In this document: in pieces, positions 22,498-34,924 of the stretch | How the letters are laid out: each line of letters begins with the position of its first letter | Numbering within the stretch: position 1 is the stretch's first letter | DNA from: Hydrolagus affinis | Lineage: Eukaryota | Direction of reading: 5' to 3' | Assembly: GCA_012026655.1 (NCBI GenBank) | Contig: JAAILG010000467.1 | Coordinates: 1 to 64,000, forward strand | DNA: 64,000 nucleotides | Made by a program: the position numbers and the translations under genes | Notes under the pieces: model-generated | Told to the model about the DNA's origin: nothing | Database searches by the model: none | The model's input: the letters and a program-made list of their open reading frames with translations, nothing else

Positions 22498-24769
22498 AAT
22501 TAGATGATTTTTTGAAAACGTATTCTTAAGGTTACGTAGGACGACAGAAATGAATGCACCCAGATAATTATTCGATTTCTCCTAAAATACTGCTGTTTAA
22601 TTTTTTTAAAGTTACTTCATCATATGACACCCATGATTAATACATTTCTTGTTAAATCTCGGTTTGTAAATCTCAATGCAAAAAAAAATGATTTTGAAGT
22701 TTTTGTGACAGTTAAGCGTCAAAGTTTCTACTTTACAAATCAAGTTATTGAATACAAAGGGCGCATGACTGGAACATCTAAAATGTCGTATTACATTATT
22801 TGCGTATAAATCCTTCCTATGGATTCAGTAGCTAAAATTAACAAGAGCGATTTGGGTTCTGGAGTTGTCAGTGCTATGCGGACAGAAATATGGGTGCATT
22901 TATCCCAAAAACATTTGCCAAAAATGGTATATATTTGCTGAATCAATGTTTTCTCATGCTACTTTCCCCTCATGATATGTCATTCTCAGCCAAAACAGGG
23001 AAAGGAACATTTTTCTAGGCTTCTGACTGAGTTGCACTTGAAATCAACCACTATGGCTCCTACAGTGAAGTTACAGATTAAATCTCTCTCTCACTTTGTT
23101 TGGAAGCAGCACAACAATTGGCACAGTTAAAATGTAAGAGAATGCAAAAATATAACGAACTAGTGGAAAGAATCTGTGTTCCACACAATGTTTCTGTGTA
23201 CCAACTGCCTCCAGCTAAACTGCATGATAGAGCTGGGCTGGCAATTCATTAAAAGTTAAAAGTGGAAAATAGTCAGTGAATAAAAACAGAGTGACTTTTT
23301 CGTTCATATCCTGGCATTTGTAAATTAATGTTGGCCAAGTTCCTTTAAGTACCTGTCATCAGAACACCTTAAATTGCATTAATTCTGACTCATGTGGAAT
23401 TATATCAAATCCAATGAAATAAATTGGGGAATCAGTTTTGCATAATAATCACTAAGTAAAAATATACCTGCAGTATTTGGTAGATAGATAGCAGGTACCA
23501 GGAACTTCTAACTTGACTCTTGGTGATTCCCCACCAAGTGAGGGCTCAAACCAGTACTTGTGGGATGTCCAAGGATGAATTAGTAACTACCCTGGCAGAG
23601 TCTTCTTGGGTATGAGTTGGTTTAAAAATCATTGTCCCTGCAACAGAATATCAGAATTGAGTCCATCAACTGTGGTTGCCTTGCTCATCTAGTTTCTGGA
23701 CCTGTCAAGTCTACAGTTTTCCAATTTACTATTGCTGAAAGACAAGACACACCAGACTCAACTACAGGACATGCAGAGGCATACCAGTCACTGGAGGCAA
23801 GAAGTCTTCCCATTTGGCTCCTGTTAACACCAGAAGCCAAAGCCTAACAAGTGATCCTACTTGGACAAGCAGTGGGAAGCTTGCCAGAACAGTGTTTGCA
23901 ATGGCAAGCTATGCCATCTTAGTTGGTTAAATTCCAGCAATATTCCCAAGGCACTCTCTGGGGCCCTGAAGCCTTTACTCCTGGCAATCTCGATTGAATA
24001 ATTTTCAGAATTAGATAACCAGGGTAAGTGCTCTAGGAAGAGATTGTTCAAGATTTAGGGATATTGCCATGTCATGCTTAGCTGGCGTGATCGTGTGCAA
24101 ATTTCTACGTGGTTTGAACACTCGTAAACACGGTGAGAGGTTTCCATTTATGTTTAGACACATGGTTGACCTTCAAGAATAATCTGTGAACCATTTGTTA
24201 AATATTGTAATAAAAGTGGTGAAAGCAAATATTTTAAGTCTGAATTCATTCATTTCTCTGTTTTTCCATTTGCCGTGCAAAATTGATTGTTCTATCATCT
24301 GTCAGATGAATACAGATTTTAATTTGTGTTCTGCAGGACAGGAGGCAAACTCATCTATTTGTTTTGATAAATATTTTTTGCAACATAAATGGAAATTCAT
24401 GTGTAGGTGGGATGCATGGAACCTCAGCTTGGTTTGGCTGCTTTTACGCATGGTTTCTGCATGTGTTAGGCGCTGGGCTAACCCCAATTTTTTTTATTTT
24501 TAATTGTGCTTGTGAGAGAAGACATGTTTCCAATTCAGCCAATGTCAGCATCAAGAACTCTCAAGTGAGGCACAACACGGTCAGATTCAGAGATAAAACT
24601 CTTTCAATTTGCCTCAAGTCAACCTAACAAGGTCATGACATTTTTTTCACTTGCTTCATTAGTTATCCTATGGCCTGTGAGTAAGATTGTCTATTTAGTG
24701 CAAAACGTAGGTCATTTTTATACTGTGAGCCATTGCATCACCAAGGAAATAGATTGAGACACCAAATGG

Positions 24770-24828
24770 AACAACAACAACAAAATTACATTTATAGAGC
24801 ACCTTTCACGTCGGGAGGATGTCCCAAT
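24770..24828 (-). mobile_element. L2 3' tail fragment
   Basis: (AAC)n aaaattacatttatagagcacctttcacgtcgggaggatgtccc. Confidence 0.75.
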
Positions 24829-26014
24829 GGAAGAGACTTCCAAGCCATCAGTTTAAATTTGGCCTTAGATGTGACATACAGCAACAGCAAAGTTTATCAT
24901 GCCATGATTTCCAAAAGTAACAATCTTTTCACCACCTCTTCATAGAGGGAAAATAGTTTATAAAGATAGATGTAAGATTGTTATTTTTAGCTTAACAACA
25001 CTTGTATGATAGACCTTCAGGTCTAATCCACTGTAGAAAGTATCTAAGTGCAAATGTGCAGCTGTGCTGTGCAAATAAGCAGTTGGAAATTAATCTACAG
25101 CAAATTCTATGCAATGAAATGGTTTAAATGGTATAAATATATTAACATAGCAAACATTTGTGGAATATCAGTGCTCTGTATCTTCATAAACAGCACTGCT
25201 GAGAGAGCTTAAGTGTTCTGTGTGAAAGTGCAAAATCAGCTTAGCAACCAGAAACCGGGGCCAGTGTTCCAAACTACTCTAACCGCTGATAAGTTGATTG
25301 TTATTTACTTAAGTATTATACAGGTTTTTCCATTGTTGCATAACAGTACAGTGTTGGATCACCATAGAGCAGGCACATTTCTGAAGCAGTTAGGGGAAGA
25401 TTTATCATGTGTATAACCCAAGTTACACATACATACACCTGATTTGGTAGTGATTCAGGCTGAAGCTGAAGCAGTGGAAAACGTTAAACCGCTGGACTGA
25501 CGTGCTTCATCCTAATAACACGAATTCAGAAGTAAAAACATCCTGCACGCTGAATGGATCCTTTTGAAGGCTGTTCAAGTAAGTGAAAGGACTTGTGTAG
25601 TGTGGAGTCAATATGGAATGTTCCATTTGTTTTACAAGTTAGCTTATAAACACATTCTGGCATACATTGGCGTACACTATATTCATCAATAATTAACTTT
25701 GTTGTTTTGATTTCCATTGCATGGTCCTTGGCTGTGGGATTATTTTTGACACTCATTTAACAACAGCATTAGTTTGTCAGTAAATACCATCAAGATCATA
25801 ACCAGCTCGCAACTGTTTTTTTTAAATGTTCGACGCTGAGCAGTCTAATAGCAACATGTTCATGTTCATAAACTGTTTGTTGTCTCAGGCAACCAGTTTG
25901 CCTTGATTCCATATAACCCCATCCAATGACAACTGTTGCCTTGTCTTCAGTAGCTGTAACCAATCTGGAAAGGAGTAGCAGAATGCTATTACAGTTAATC
26001 CATACTTTTTTGTC

Positions 26015-26350
26015 AATCTTCTTCGTTCCTCTCCAGAACACACTGACTCTTGCAGTGGTGTCCCAAGTGGCCATTCTGCATGTGTGAAGCTTGGCAGTTA
26101 ACTTTGGGAAGCTTCACACTGGGCCTGATGGTGGCCTCATCTGATATACGCTCTTCAACAGATGTCACTGGAAAACTTACCAAAAGTAAAATCACTAACT
26201 GTGATCTCTCTCGTAAAGAAGCAACTGAGGACAATTGTAGCTGCCCTATATAAGCTCAGCTAACTCAACACGTACACATTTGAACATTGCAACCTTCTGA
26301 TCATTTTAGCTTAATGATGGTACGGGGCAGTTCATTTACCTACTAAGTCA
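26015..26350 (-). mobile_element. MER131-like ancient SINE
   Basis: Reverse strand: ttagtaggtaaatgaactgccc..tgttgagttagctgag..gctacaattgtcctcag..ttcacacatgcagaatggccacttggg..caagagtcag..ggagagg. Confidence 0.7.
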
Positions 26351-26562
26351 ACAGGTGAACCTTTTGTTAAAAATGAATAAGGATCTAAAATGACAGGTAA
26401 TTGAAGCCATCACCACTGTTTGGAGATCGACAACATATGTTTTAAATAGAACTTCTTTGACAAAGCAACAAACAGCAATGGAGGATATTAAAGTGAATCA
26501 TGCCATATTTATATATCATATTGCGTCCTGGTTTATGTTCAAATAGTTCAAATGTGTAAATT

Positions 26563-26620
26563 GAACAACAACAAAATTACACTTATATAGCGCTTTTCAT
26601 GTCAGGAGGACATCCCAAAA
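26563..26620 (-). mobile_element. L2 3' tail fragment
   Basis: aacaacaacaaaattacacttatatagcgcttttcatgtcaggaggacatccc. Confidence 0.75.
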
Positions 26621-26699
26621 GGCTGCTGTGGAATGGAGAAGAAAAAATGATAAATGCGTAACCGTAGAAGACGGAAATAACATTTTTCAATATTAACGG

Positions 26700-27075
26700 A
26701 CCACATAGTGTTGTACTGAGTTAAACAATTCAGGAAAATCCTGGTCTGTGCTGAATTAGCTCATCTCAACCAAGGCAACAGTGTGGCCACTACAATTGGC
26801 ATCATTGTGCTCAGGGACAGGGAGAGAAGTAATCAGAAAGGGTTTCTGACTCTTACCAGGTATCCAGTGACGATCCCTACCCCCTCATCACTAGAAAATG
26901 TTCATGAGTGAATTTAGAACAGTCAGTCTTGATTATGACGTCCTCCACACTGAAATTGCTTGTCATGTGTAAGTCCATTGGCTCAAATAATAGAAAATAT
27001 TCTTGAGAAAGTCAGTGAATTGCTGCTGGCTAGAGAAACCATGCTCCAACCTGGGTCATTGCTATCCTGCAAAAA
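26700..27075 (+). mobile_element. MER131-like ancient SINE
   Basis: cctggtctgtgctgaattagctcatctcaacc..ctacaattggcatca..tatccagtgac, colinear with the 29935 copy. Confidence 0.7.
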
Positions 27076-27080
27076 AGGTT

Positions 27081-27290
27081 AATAATAATAATAGTAATCC
27101 TTGCATTTGATATAATGCCTTATCATGTCTTAAAAATGTCTCAAAGCATTCACAGAATATACTGTGAAGTGAATTGGCTGTAAATTTTGAGGGCAAAATG
27201 CGGCAACCAATTGCGCACAGCAGTGCCCCACAAAACAATCGTGGATTGAAGTGATCAATTTATCATTATTATTTATTTTGAAGGAATTGT
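27081..27290 (-). mobile_element. SINE2-1_CM-like SINE, 5'-truncated
   Basis: Tail plus body up to ttttgaaggaatt. Confidence 0.88.
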
Positions 27291-28874
27291 TACTTCCGTA
27301 AAAGCAATCTGCAAATCAGCTAACAACTGGGTTCCCATGGCTAGGAAGATCTACACTTCCTAGCCATACAATTATTCTTTTTTAAATAGTTATCTCAAGA
27401 GCAAAAACATTTAGCGGGAGAGAAAAATTATAAAAGCATTTGAGACAGCTGGTGACTGAAAAATCAAACAAGCATCTTGAAAACTGTTCGTATATTGTGA
27501 AATACCTTTTTTTTTGACTGTTTTCAATTATTTTTGATACTGTCATGTGCGATATTCCTGCTGATTTTCAGTGAGACTATTTGGAGATACTTCAAATAAA
27601 TTGTTGGAGAATGTCAAAAAAAAGTATTGGTTTCATCGTGAAAAACTTTCATCCTTTCAAAGGTTGCTGGAGAAAAAAATTAATTCAGGTGGAGAAGTTT
27701 TCAAGACAGGAGACGAGTGGTGTTCAAATGCGTGCACCTTTGCTTCTATTTGTCAGGTGAGGTTATTCTTAACTGTGTTGAAGGGTCAGATTTTCTGTAA
27801 ATGAAGTTAAATGTTAGTTGGAATTGAAGCATTCTTACAGTTCTGATTTCATCGTTGTACATACTGACAAATGATCAGTCATTCTTTCTCTGCTCTTGAC
27901 AACAAGCTACGGAATTGCATGTTCTTTAACAGTTTCACAGAGTTCCTTTCCTCCTGTGCAAAATGTACCGAACAATAAGTGAATTGCTCCAATATGATAT
28001 TCATTTGGTTTAGAATAAAGACAAGAGGAATCTTTTTTTAAAAAAAACTGCTTCTAGTGTTTGATTCAATATCAATCCAGAAAAAGCTAGCACATTCAGG
28101 AGAGAAAGAGAGAAGATATATAAGAGATAGCACAACTCTAACTGTTTTGTCTACAATGGCTTATTCCAAAAGCAAACACAGTGAAATGTTGCTATAAATG
28201 ATTCGAGATCAGAACAGGCCAATGTTGCATTAGAACAGGAATAGCTATGGTTCTTCTTATAAAATGCAGAATAAATTGAGAGACTTCATGGAATTAATGT
28301 GTCTAACTTTTAAGGAGGAGATCAAACTACAGTACTAAATTAGAATCTGGAATGAAATCTCCATTCAGTTTCAAGTCTTGATTGGGTCATCGGGGTCTGG
28401 GGATGAAAATTTTTGGGTGAGAGGATTCTAACATTTCTCTGGCTGGTTGTACAAGCTGTGAAAAGCTTTGTGTTAAATTCTGGGAAGATTGCAATTATGT
28501 CTAGCCTTTGCAAAACACTAAAAGCTGGGCTGAAAAAACTATCCACACTCTACAACCTTCCTTTTGTCACCATAATAAGCACAAAAAAGAAAATGGAAAT
28601 ATTGAACTATCACTGCTTGGCAAGGTTTCTATTCCGTTTCCATGCCACTCATTAACTCCACAGAGGTAACATATTTGATGTCCAGTGCTTCATTATTTCC
28701 CTTGAACTTCCAAAATTGCTCACAGCTTGTTTGCACACATTCCAGGACTATTATAGAAGAGCTTTATCTTCGCTTGTAACTTATTTGGCAAGATACTACG
28801 GAAATAAAATGTTGCTAAATTAATAAACAATTTTAGATACTGTTAATTTGCTATAGATGATCAATGATAAAATG

Positions 28875-29170
28875 CTGTAGCTCGGTGGTTAGAGCATTCG
28901 CCTTGCAAGCGGGAGAACTGGATTCAATTTCGGGCTGGGCGAAACCTTGGGCGAGTTTCTTTACTCCACATGCCTGATAATAATCCCTCAAAAGAAAATT
29001 GGTCATTTGAATCCACCACTGTTTGTGGGACACTGCTGTGTGCAATTGGCTGCCACATTTTGCCCATAAATATGCAGTCAATTCACTTTACAATATATTC
29101 TGTGAAGCTCTTTGCAACATTTCGAAGACATGTGAAGCACTACTTCAAATGAAAGTATTGTTAATATTTT
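28875..29170 (+). mobile_element. SINE2-1_CM-like SINE, full length
   Basis: ctgtagctcggtggttagagcattcgccttgcaagcgggagaactggattcaatttcg head (tRNA-Ala-like TGC loop), body tttgtgggacactgctgtg. Confidence 0.92.
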
Positions 29171-29934
29171 TATTAATGAAGGCTTCTGCATGAAAAACTG
29201 GGAGCATATTCACCAGCATAATTAGACAATGGGGTCCAATTTGTGATATTTCTTAATAATAATCCTTAATAATAAGGAATTTCTTAATTCCTTTATAAGA
29301 AATCCAATTGGAATTCCCATCATTCCAAGTGAACACCACTCCAGAAGTAGATTATACCAGATCAGAATTCTTGTGGCTACTGGGAGGATATTGTATTTGC
29401 AAAATCTCTGGTTCCATATTATGGAATCCAGTTAAGAAATACAACAAGTTAGACCCAAATATGTCTCCACCGTGACATGTGACAAGAGCATTAGAAAAAA
29501 TCTGCAAATCTTCCTTTCCAAGCTGCAAAATCTGGGTACTTCTGAATTCAAATTTAATTTGGCAGCAATTTGTTTTGAAGAAGTTTCTGAGGCTTTCAAT
29601 TTATAGGTTAAAATATGGTGGCTTGTTCTCTGATTAAAAACAGAGCATTGTTTCCTGTTGATATCATTACGAACATTCATGCGATACACAAAATAGAAGC
29701 TTCAATCAGAAACCATATCCAACAGTGTTCAAATTGAAAAGAAAATAACAATTTCCTACTCAAGTTTTATTTCTTCGACTGTTTTGTTCAACTTGTATAT
29801 ATTTGCACGCATCAACCACACTCTTGCTCACATACATATCGGGTCTCTTCCATGTGAGATTTTGTCTCAGTCCATACATGTGAACCTAGCACATAAACCA
29901 TAAACTTAATATATGATTAAAACAATTGCTTGAT

Positions 29935-30223
29935 CCAGCACTGATCTCATCAGGGCAACTGTAGTGTTGTTACAATGGGCTACATTGCCCCTGGGCTAGG
30001 GAGGGGGAAAAATCAGCCCACTTCTAATTGCTATCCAGTGACCCCCTGCTGAAACATGTGTGTGTGTGGATGTTGGTTGAGGACATGATCGAGCTCAGCT
30101 GTTCCCTACAGATGAATAGCCAACCGACACTCACTGTCTACTCACACACAAAGAATGACCATTTCAGCAATGTACCAGCCCTTACAAGATTCAGCATCTT
30201 CAAGAGAGAAGAAGGGAGAGAAA
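29935..30223 (+). mobile_element. MER131-like ancient SINE (best-preserved body)
   Basis: gcccctgggctagggagggggaaaaatcagcc..gctatccagtgaccccctgctg..gaatagccaaccgacactcactgtcta..aagaatgaccat. Confidence 0.8.
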
Positions 30224-30699
30224 ACGTCAAACAGATTGTGTAGGTAATTTAAATCATATTACGGTATTTATGGTTCTTAAGAGATTCGCATTTGGATTGT
30301 GAGTTTTATTTGTCAAAGATGTTCAGTTTGCTCTTTTCACTTGCCATTATCACAAAACAGAAAATCACTGTGTGGATAAAGGATAATTGAAGGGATACAA
30401 CTTGAACACAGCTATGATTGTGAGCTGCTTCTCAAATAACTTCTTAAAGCATGGTGTACAAAGAATCTAAAGAGACCATATCAGAGATTGGAGACAGAGT
30501 GCTGGTGTGATAATGACTCTGAGAAGCATCCCTATGATGCATGAAAGAGCAGTCTGCACATCACTTTCAGGCATGCTAATAATGCAATGATCAGGAGAAA
30601 TGTTCAAGAATTCTTTTAGAACCTGGAGGTAACTGGTAAGCAAATTATTCAAACTAGTGATACAGATGTGTGACTCGTACTGTATTCTTGGAAACCATG

Positions 30700-31025
30700 A
30701 ACAACAACAAACATGTATTTATAAAGTGCCCTTCAACCGGGATAATGTTGGAACACTGTAAAGAATTGGAGGCTTGGACACTGAGCAAGAGGGAAGGGGA
30801 AGGGGGCAGTGACCATAAATGTAGTGGAAGAGGTAGATCTTAAATAGATAGATTTTAAAGATAGATAAAGAAGGGGTGAGGAGGAGGGAATGAAGCAAGC
30901 AGTTCCAAAGCTTAGGGGAGTAGTGGCTGATTGCGCCAACCCTTCAGAAGGGTTGAAGGACACACCGTAGGCCTGTGTTAGCTATGCGAAGGGGGTGGGC
31001 AGAGGAGTGGGGTATAATAGGGTCA
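30700..31025 (-). mobile_element. L2 3' fragment
   Basis: (AAC)n tail, G-rich UTR, gcagttccaaagcttagggg (WN.LP region in reverse). Confidence 0.7.
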
Positions 31026-31789
31026 GAGGTAGACATGATATGTAATGTGAGTAGTATTAATAAACAGCATCAGGTATTTCACTACAAGTTTAATGCAATA
31101 TAAGTGATGTATGATCAACGGGAATAAAATATAAGGAGTTACCCTCACCAGATGATTAGATTGAATTTTCGACCTAGTTTCATTACTGCCAACTCAATCA
31201 TTTTAAATAATAGTTCCCTCCCCGCCCCCTCATCATCTTAGCCATTTCCTGTTCAAAAGGAGTGTATCAATTCCACTGATACTTCATGAAGCAATATGAT
31301 TAAATTTCCTGAAATTGTTGCTTGTGTGGGAACAATTCATATGTAAAAGTTTTGAACAGACACTTAATAAAAAGTTTCAGTGGGAATATTATGTGGAGAA
31401 AATAATTGATGTGTTTCAGCTAGTACAAGCCAAGTTGCATTCCACACGAGCATTGTTAATGAAAACAGAACTCAAAGAATGTTACTGGTAACAGATGATT
31501 CTTGAAACTTTAAGACACCCCAAGATGGGTGTACATGCCACATGCTGGACATAGTGAAACGTGCAAGTGCAATAGAAATGCAAACATGTCCTAATTTACC
31601 TCCACAATTTGAGCAACACCGTTCAGACCTGCCCTGCTTACTTACATACAATGGCTGGTGATATGTACATATATCGTTGCTAATTACTCAGCCTTAGCTC
31701 TCCATGGATTTTCACTTGGAGTTTCCATTGTAGTTCAGTCGGTGCAGCAATGCCATGCTATTACCCAGAAGCACGTTTCTATATAAACA

Positions 31790-31835
31790 AAAAGGCAAAA
31801 TACTCCAGATGCTGGAAATCTGAGTGTATTCCAGA
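31790..31835. mobile_element. Fold-back Penelope-like repeat remnant, copy 4 (outer ends only)
   Basis: caaaatactccagatgctggaaatctg-agtgtattc-cagatttccaac. The outer ends of copies 2 and 3 are joined directly into a short hairpin. Confidence 0.6.
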
Positions 31836-32014
31836 TTTCCAACACATTTATAAAGTTGTGCACTATCATCTCTGAATCAGAAGGTTATGGAAACCGACAA
31901 CCAGGATGACATTCCAATGAATACCGAGAGTACCCTAACAATGCTCGGATGAGATGTTAAGTCAGCTCTCACTGTGTAGACATAGTTTAAGGCAGACTTG
32001 AAAACCGCTGGACT

Positions 32015-32150
32015 GGAATTGGTGGTTAGGAATTGTGATCGAGGCCAGAGCGCTGGACTCATTTAAGAAACAGTTTGTTGCTACAATGGTAGGGTGTCAG
32101 GATGCATATTCTGGAAGCATGGGATCAAATGGTTCTTTATCCGAACCTCT
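32015..32150 (+). mobile_element. Degenerate CR1 3' fragment
   Basis: gtgatcgaggccagagcgctggactcatttaagaaacagtttg..gggatcaaatggttcttt resembles the CR1 end (V.EA.SL..FK..LD). Confidence 0.45.
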
Positions 32151-34910
32151 TTGACGATCTAGTGATATTGCAACTGTGTTAATCAACAAACTGATAAGCC
32201 TGAGAAATGTTCTTTAAAAAAGTTGCACCCACTTTTTCGATGAGGGCTTTAATACATGCTCTATATAATGCAAAGAAGTCAAAGCACTCATTTAGAATTA
32301 TAATTAACAACAGCATCAGGGGACATTGACAGTCAATGTAGAAAATTAAATTAAATTGAAAAGGATGTACTGTACAATTTATCTTGTAAGTTGATACCAG
32401 CTGTCTCTCTCACATAAGCACATAAATGCTGAGTATCCTCATTCACGACAGTCAACACAAATGCTTGAATATTATACTATCCCAAGTCCAATTTGCATGG
32501 ACTATTGTTTCTCAGTATACCAAAATAAACAGCCATAAAAATATCATAAGTGGTAAAACAGAGAACAGCCTGTTCACTTAAAATTACCGAAACTTTTATT
32601 GGAATCAATGAAAGCTGTTTTGCAATGGAAGGCATTAACAAACTTGACATTTGTTTTAAATAACTTGTATCAGTTAAACATATAAAATGTCATCGTGTTC
32701 AGGTATGTAAATTGCTGCAAACATGGCCTGTACAGCTACTTGAATATTATTAGTGTAATTGATTGATTAATTATTGATTATTAGAAGAATTAAATATACA
32801 TTTGAGCATGCAAACATTGGGTTGTGTCATTCTCTCCTTGCATGGTTTAAGTGGGTGCTCCCCAATTACACCACTGCACAATCAGTGTACAAAGTCAGCA
32901 TCACTCACGTACCTGAAGCAGAAAATACTTTACCTGCCCTAATCCATTTTAATTTTTTAATGAACTTACATATAGCTTATCAATTGAGTTACAATAAATC
33001 TATCCTTTCTCTTATTCTCAGGATATATTTGTGTCCAAATAAAAATTGACAGTGTGTGAATAATTGAAAATTTTTCACATGTGTTTTCCAATTTTTCTAC
33101 AACTTCCTTTTGTAAATATTTCACCTGACCTCTTATTTTTACTTATTTCATTTCCTTTACATCAATAATGGTCTTTCCTGTTTGTTTCATGTGTCCACTT
33201 GTTACCTTTTATAATTGACTGCTAACTAAATATAATAATAAATCACTGAATTTGTATAACTGTCTCATTTTATATAATACTAAAGCAGTTGTTTAATACA
33301 CATCTCTGATATAATCTCTTGTCAGCAGCTAAAATTATTTTCTTTTTTTAAAAAAAAGATTTTGGTGTAAATCTAAAGGTTTGATAAGTACTTGAACACA
33401 AAGAGCTAAATTTAACCTCGACAAATCTCCTAGGTGATTTAATTCCATAATATAAAAAAGTCTAACAGATCAAATAGTGCAAAATATCAAAGTAAATTAA
33501 CTTTTTTTAAAAAACACACAAAGCTGTTTTTTCTGGTATGTGTACCAGAAACTATGTTTTGGGGGTAAAAATTATTTTCTGTAAAGATATTTTTATATAC
33601 AGCTCTTATGTTTTTTATGTAAAATGAATATGGATTTGGGACAGATGGAAAATACTATTTGATGGAATATACTATCAAACGGAAACTATTATTGCATTTT
33701 AAAATCCTCAAATTAAAATCGAACAAATTTGAACAGACCAGAAACTCAAACCAATGGAGCATAAGTTTATGACAACCGCATATTTACTGAATAAAGTAGA
33801 CATGTTATCTTTATGGTTATTTTGCCCTTGAGTATCAATAAGCATTAAAATGCTTACTATAAGAGCAAGTTTTGTGAAATGTGTAGCATTTGTAAATTGA
33901 AACAATGTGCTCAGAAATTCACAGTTTATGGTGTATCAGACAAATGCCTTCAAATTATTTCCTGAGGCAACGTTATAAGGAAAGTTTTTTTTTGTGATTG
34001 TCAACTGGTAATAAATTTGGCATTTTTATATCTAATCCTGGGGCCAGCTGAATAGGTTTGCCTGGATGTTGGCCCTAATGGCTGGCTTTAATGCTTAGCA
34101 ATAGCACAACAGGTCTTATTCACAATTAAGCATGCATTACAGTCACTAGTTTTGACAGAAACCTGACACCTCGAGCACAATTTTCTTCAAAGCAGTAGCC
34201 TGTTGTGCTTTGTACCCATGGTACTGTCAATCTAATACTTTCAAAGCCTAATCTTTTTGTTACTCTCGGTAAGCTGGTCATACATGTTCCTACTAAGTAA
34301 ATTAAAGAGAAATCACTCTGATTCCATGTGAGTCCCCAATCTCCACAACAGATTTGAAAGACAGCCCAAACACACAGGTACAGAAGAGTATCACTATAAC
34401 CATCTATTCCCTACAACTTAAGTAATTAAAAACATTTCCCTTCTTGATCTATGTGGAGGGCTGCAAAGACAGGAAAGTTGTGACATGGACATGAAGAAAC
34501 AAGGAAAAATAAACATTGCCTGTGGCAGTATATTAAGTCTGAAACTAGTTATTGCTGGAAAACCAATTTGAAAGTTCAGAACTGTTCTGACCTTACACAG
34601 TCAGCGTTCAGAAGATGCATCGCCAATAAATATGTTGCTGACTAAATACACATTTATTTCTTCCCTCACTGTGAGTAAAAGAAAAAAAAATCTCTTAAGT
34701 GTGTGATCTACAACTTAAGAGTGTTCACATCACCATGGCCTCTTACTAAAGCTCACATTGGAATAAGCTTGGCGTTCATTCTTAAAAGCTTAAATCATAT
34801 TTCAAAGATTTTTGCATAAATATGAACCTATTTTCTGGCTTCAAAGGGGTTTTCGTGACTCTTTAGCTTTGTACTGTAGTCATCACAGGTCACAACCCTG
34901 CAGGAATAAA

Positions 34911-34924
34911 GTTGCTATGGCAAC
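34911..34924. promoter_or_regulatory. RFX X-box
   Basis: GTTGCTATGGCAAC, 13/14 match to the palindrome GTTGCCATGGCAAC. Confidence 0.55.

Noticed and set aside
22519-22530. 12-nt match to the reverse complement of miR-137 (cgtattcttaag)
   Set aside because: No seed end and no precursor hairpin; consistent with chance.
27571-27804. ORF bounded by possible splice sites (ttttcag / CAG|GTGAGG)
   Set aside because: No recognisable protein similarity and A-run-rich composition; too weak to call.
28875-28945. tRNA-Ala-like gene (also at 11930-12000 and 22430-22497)
   Set aside because: These are SINE heads: they continue into the SINE body and lack a proper acceptor stem and Pol III terminator.
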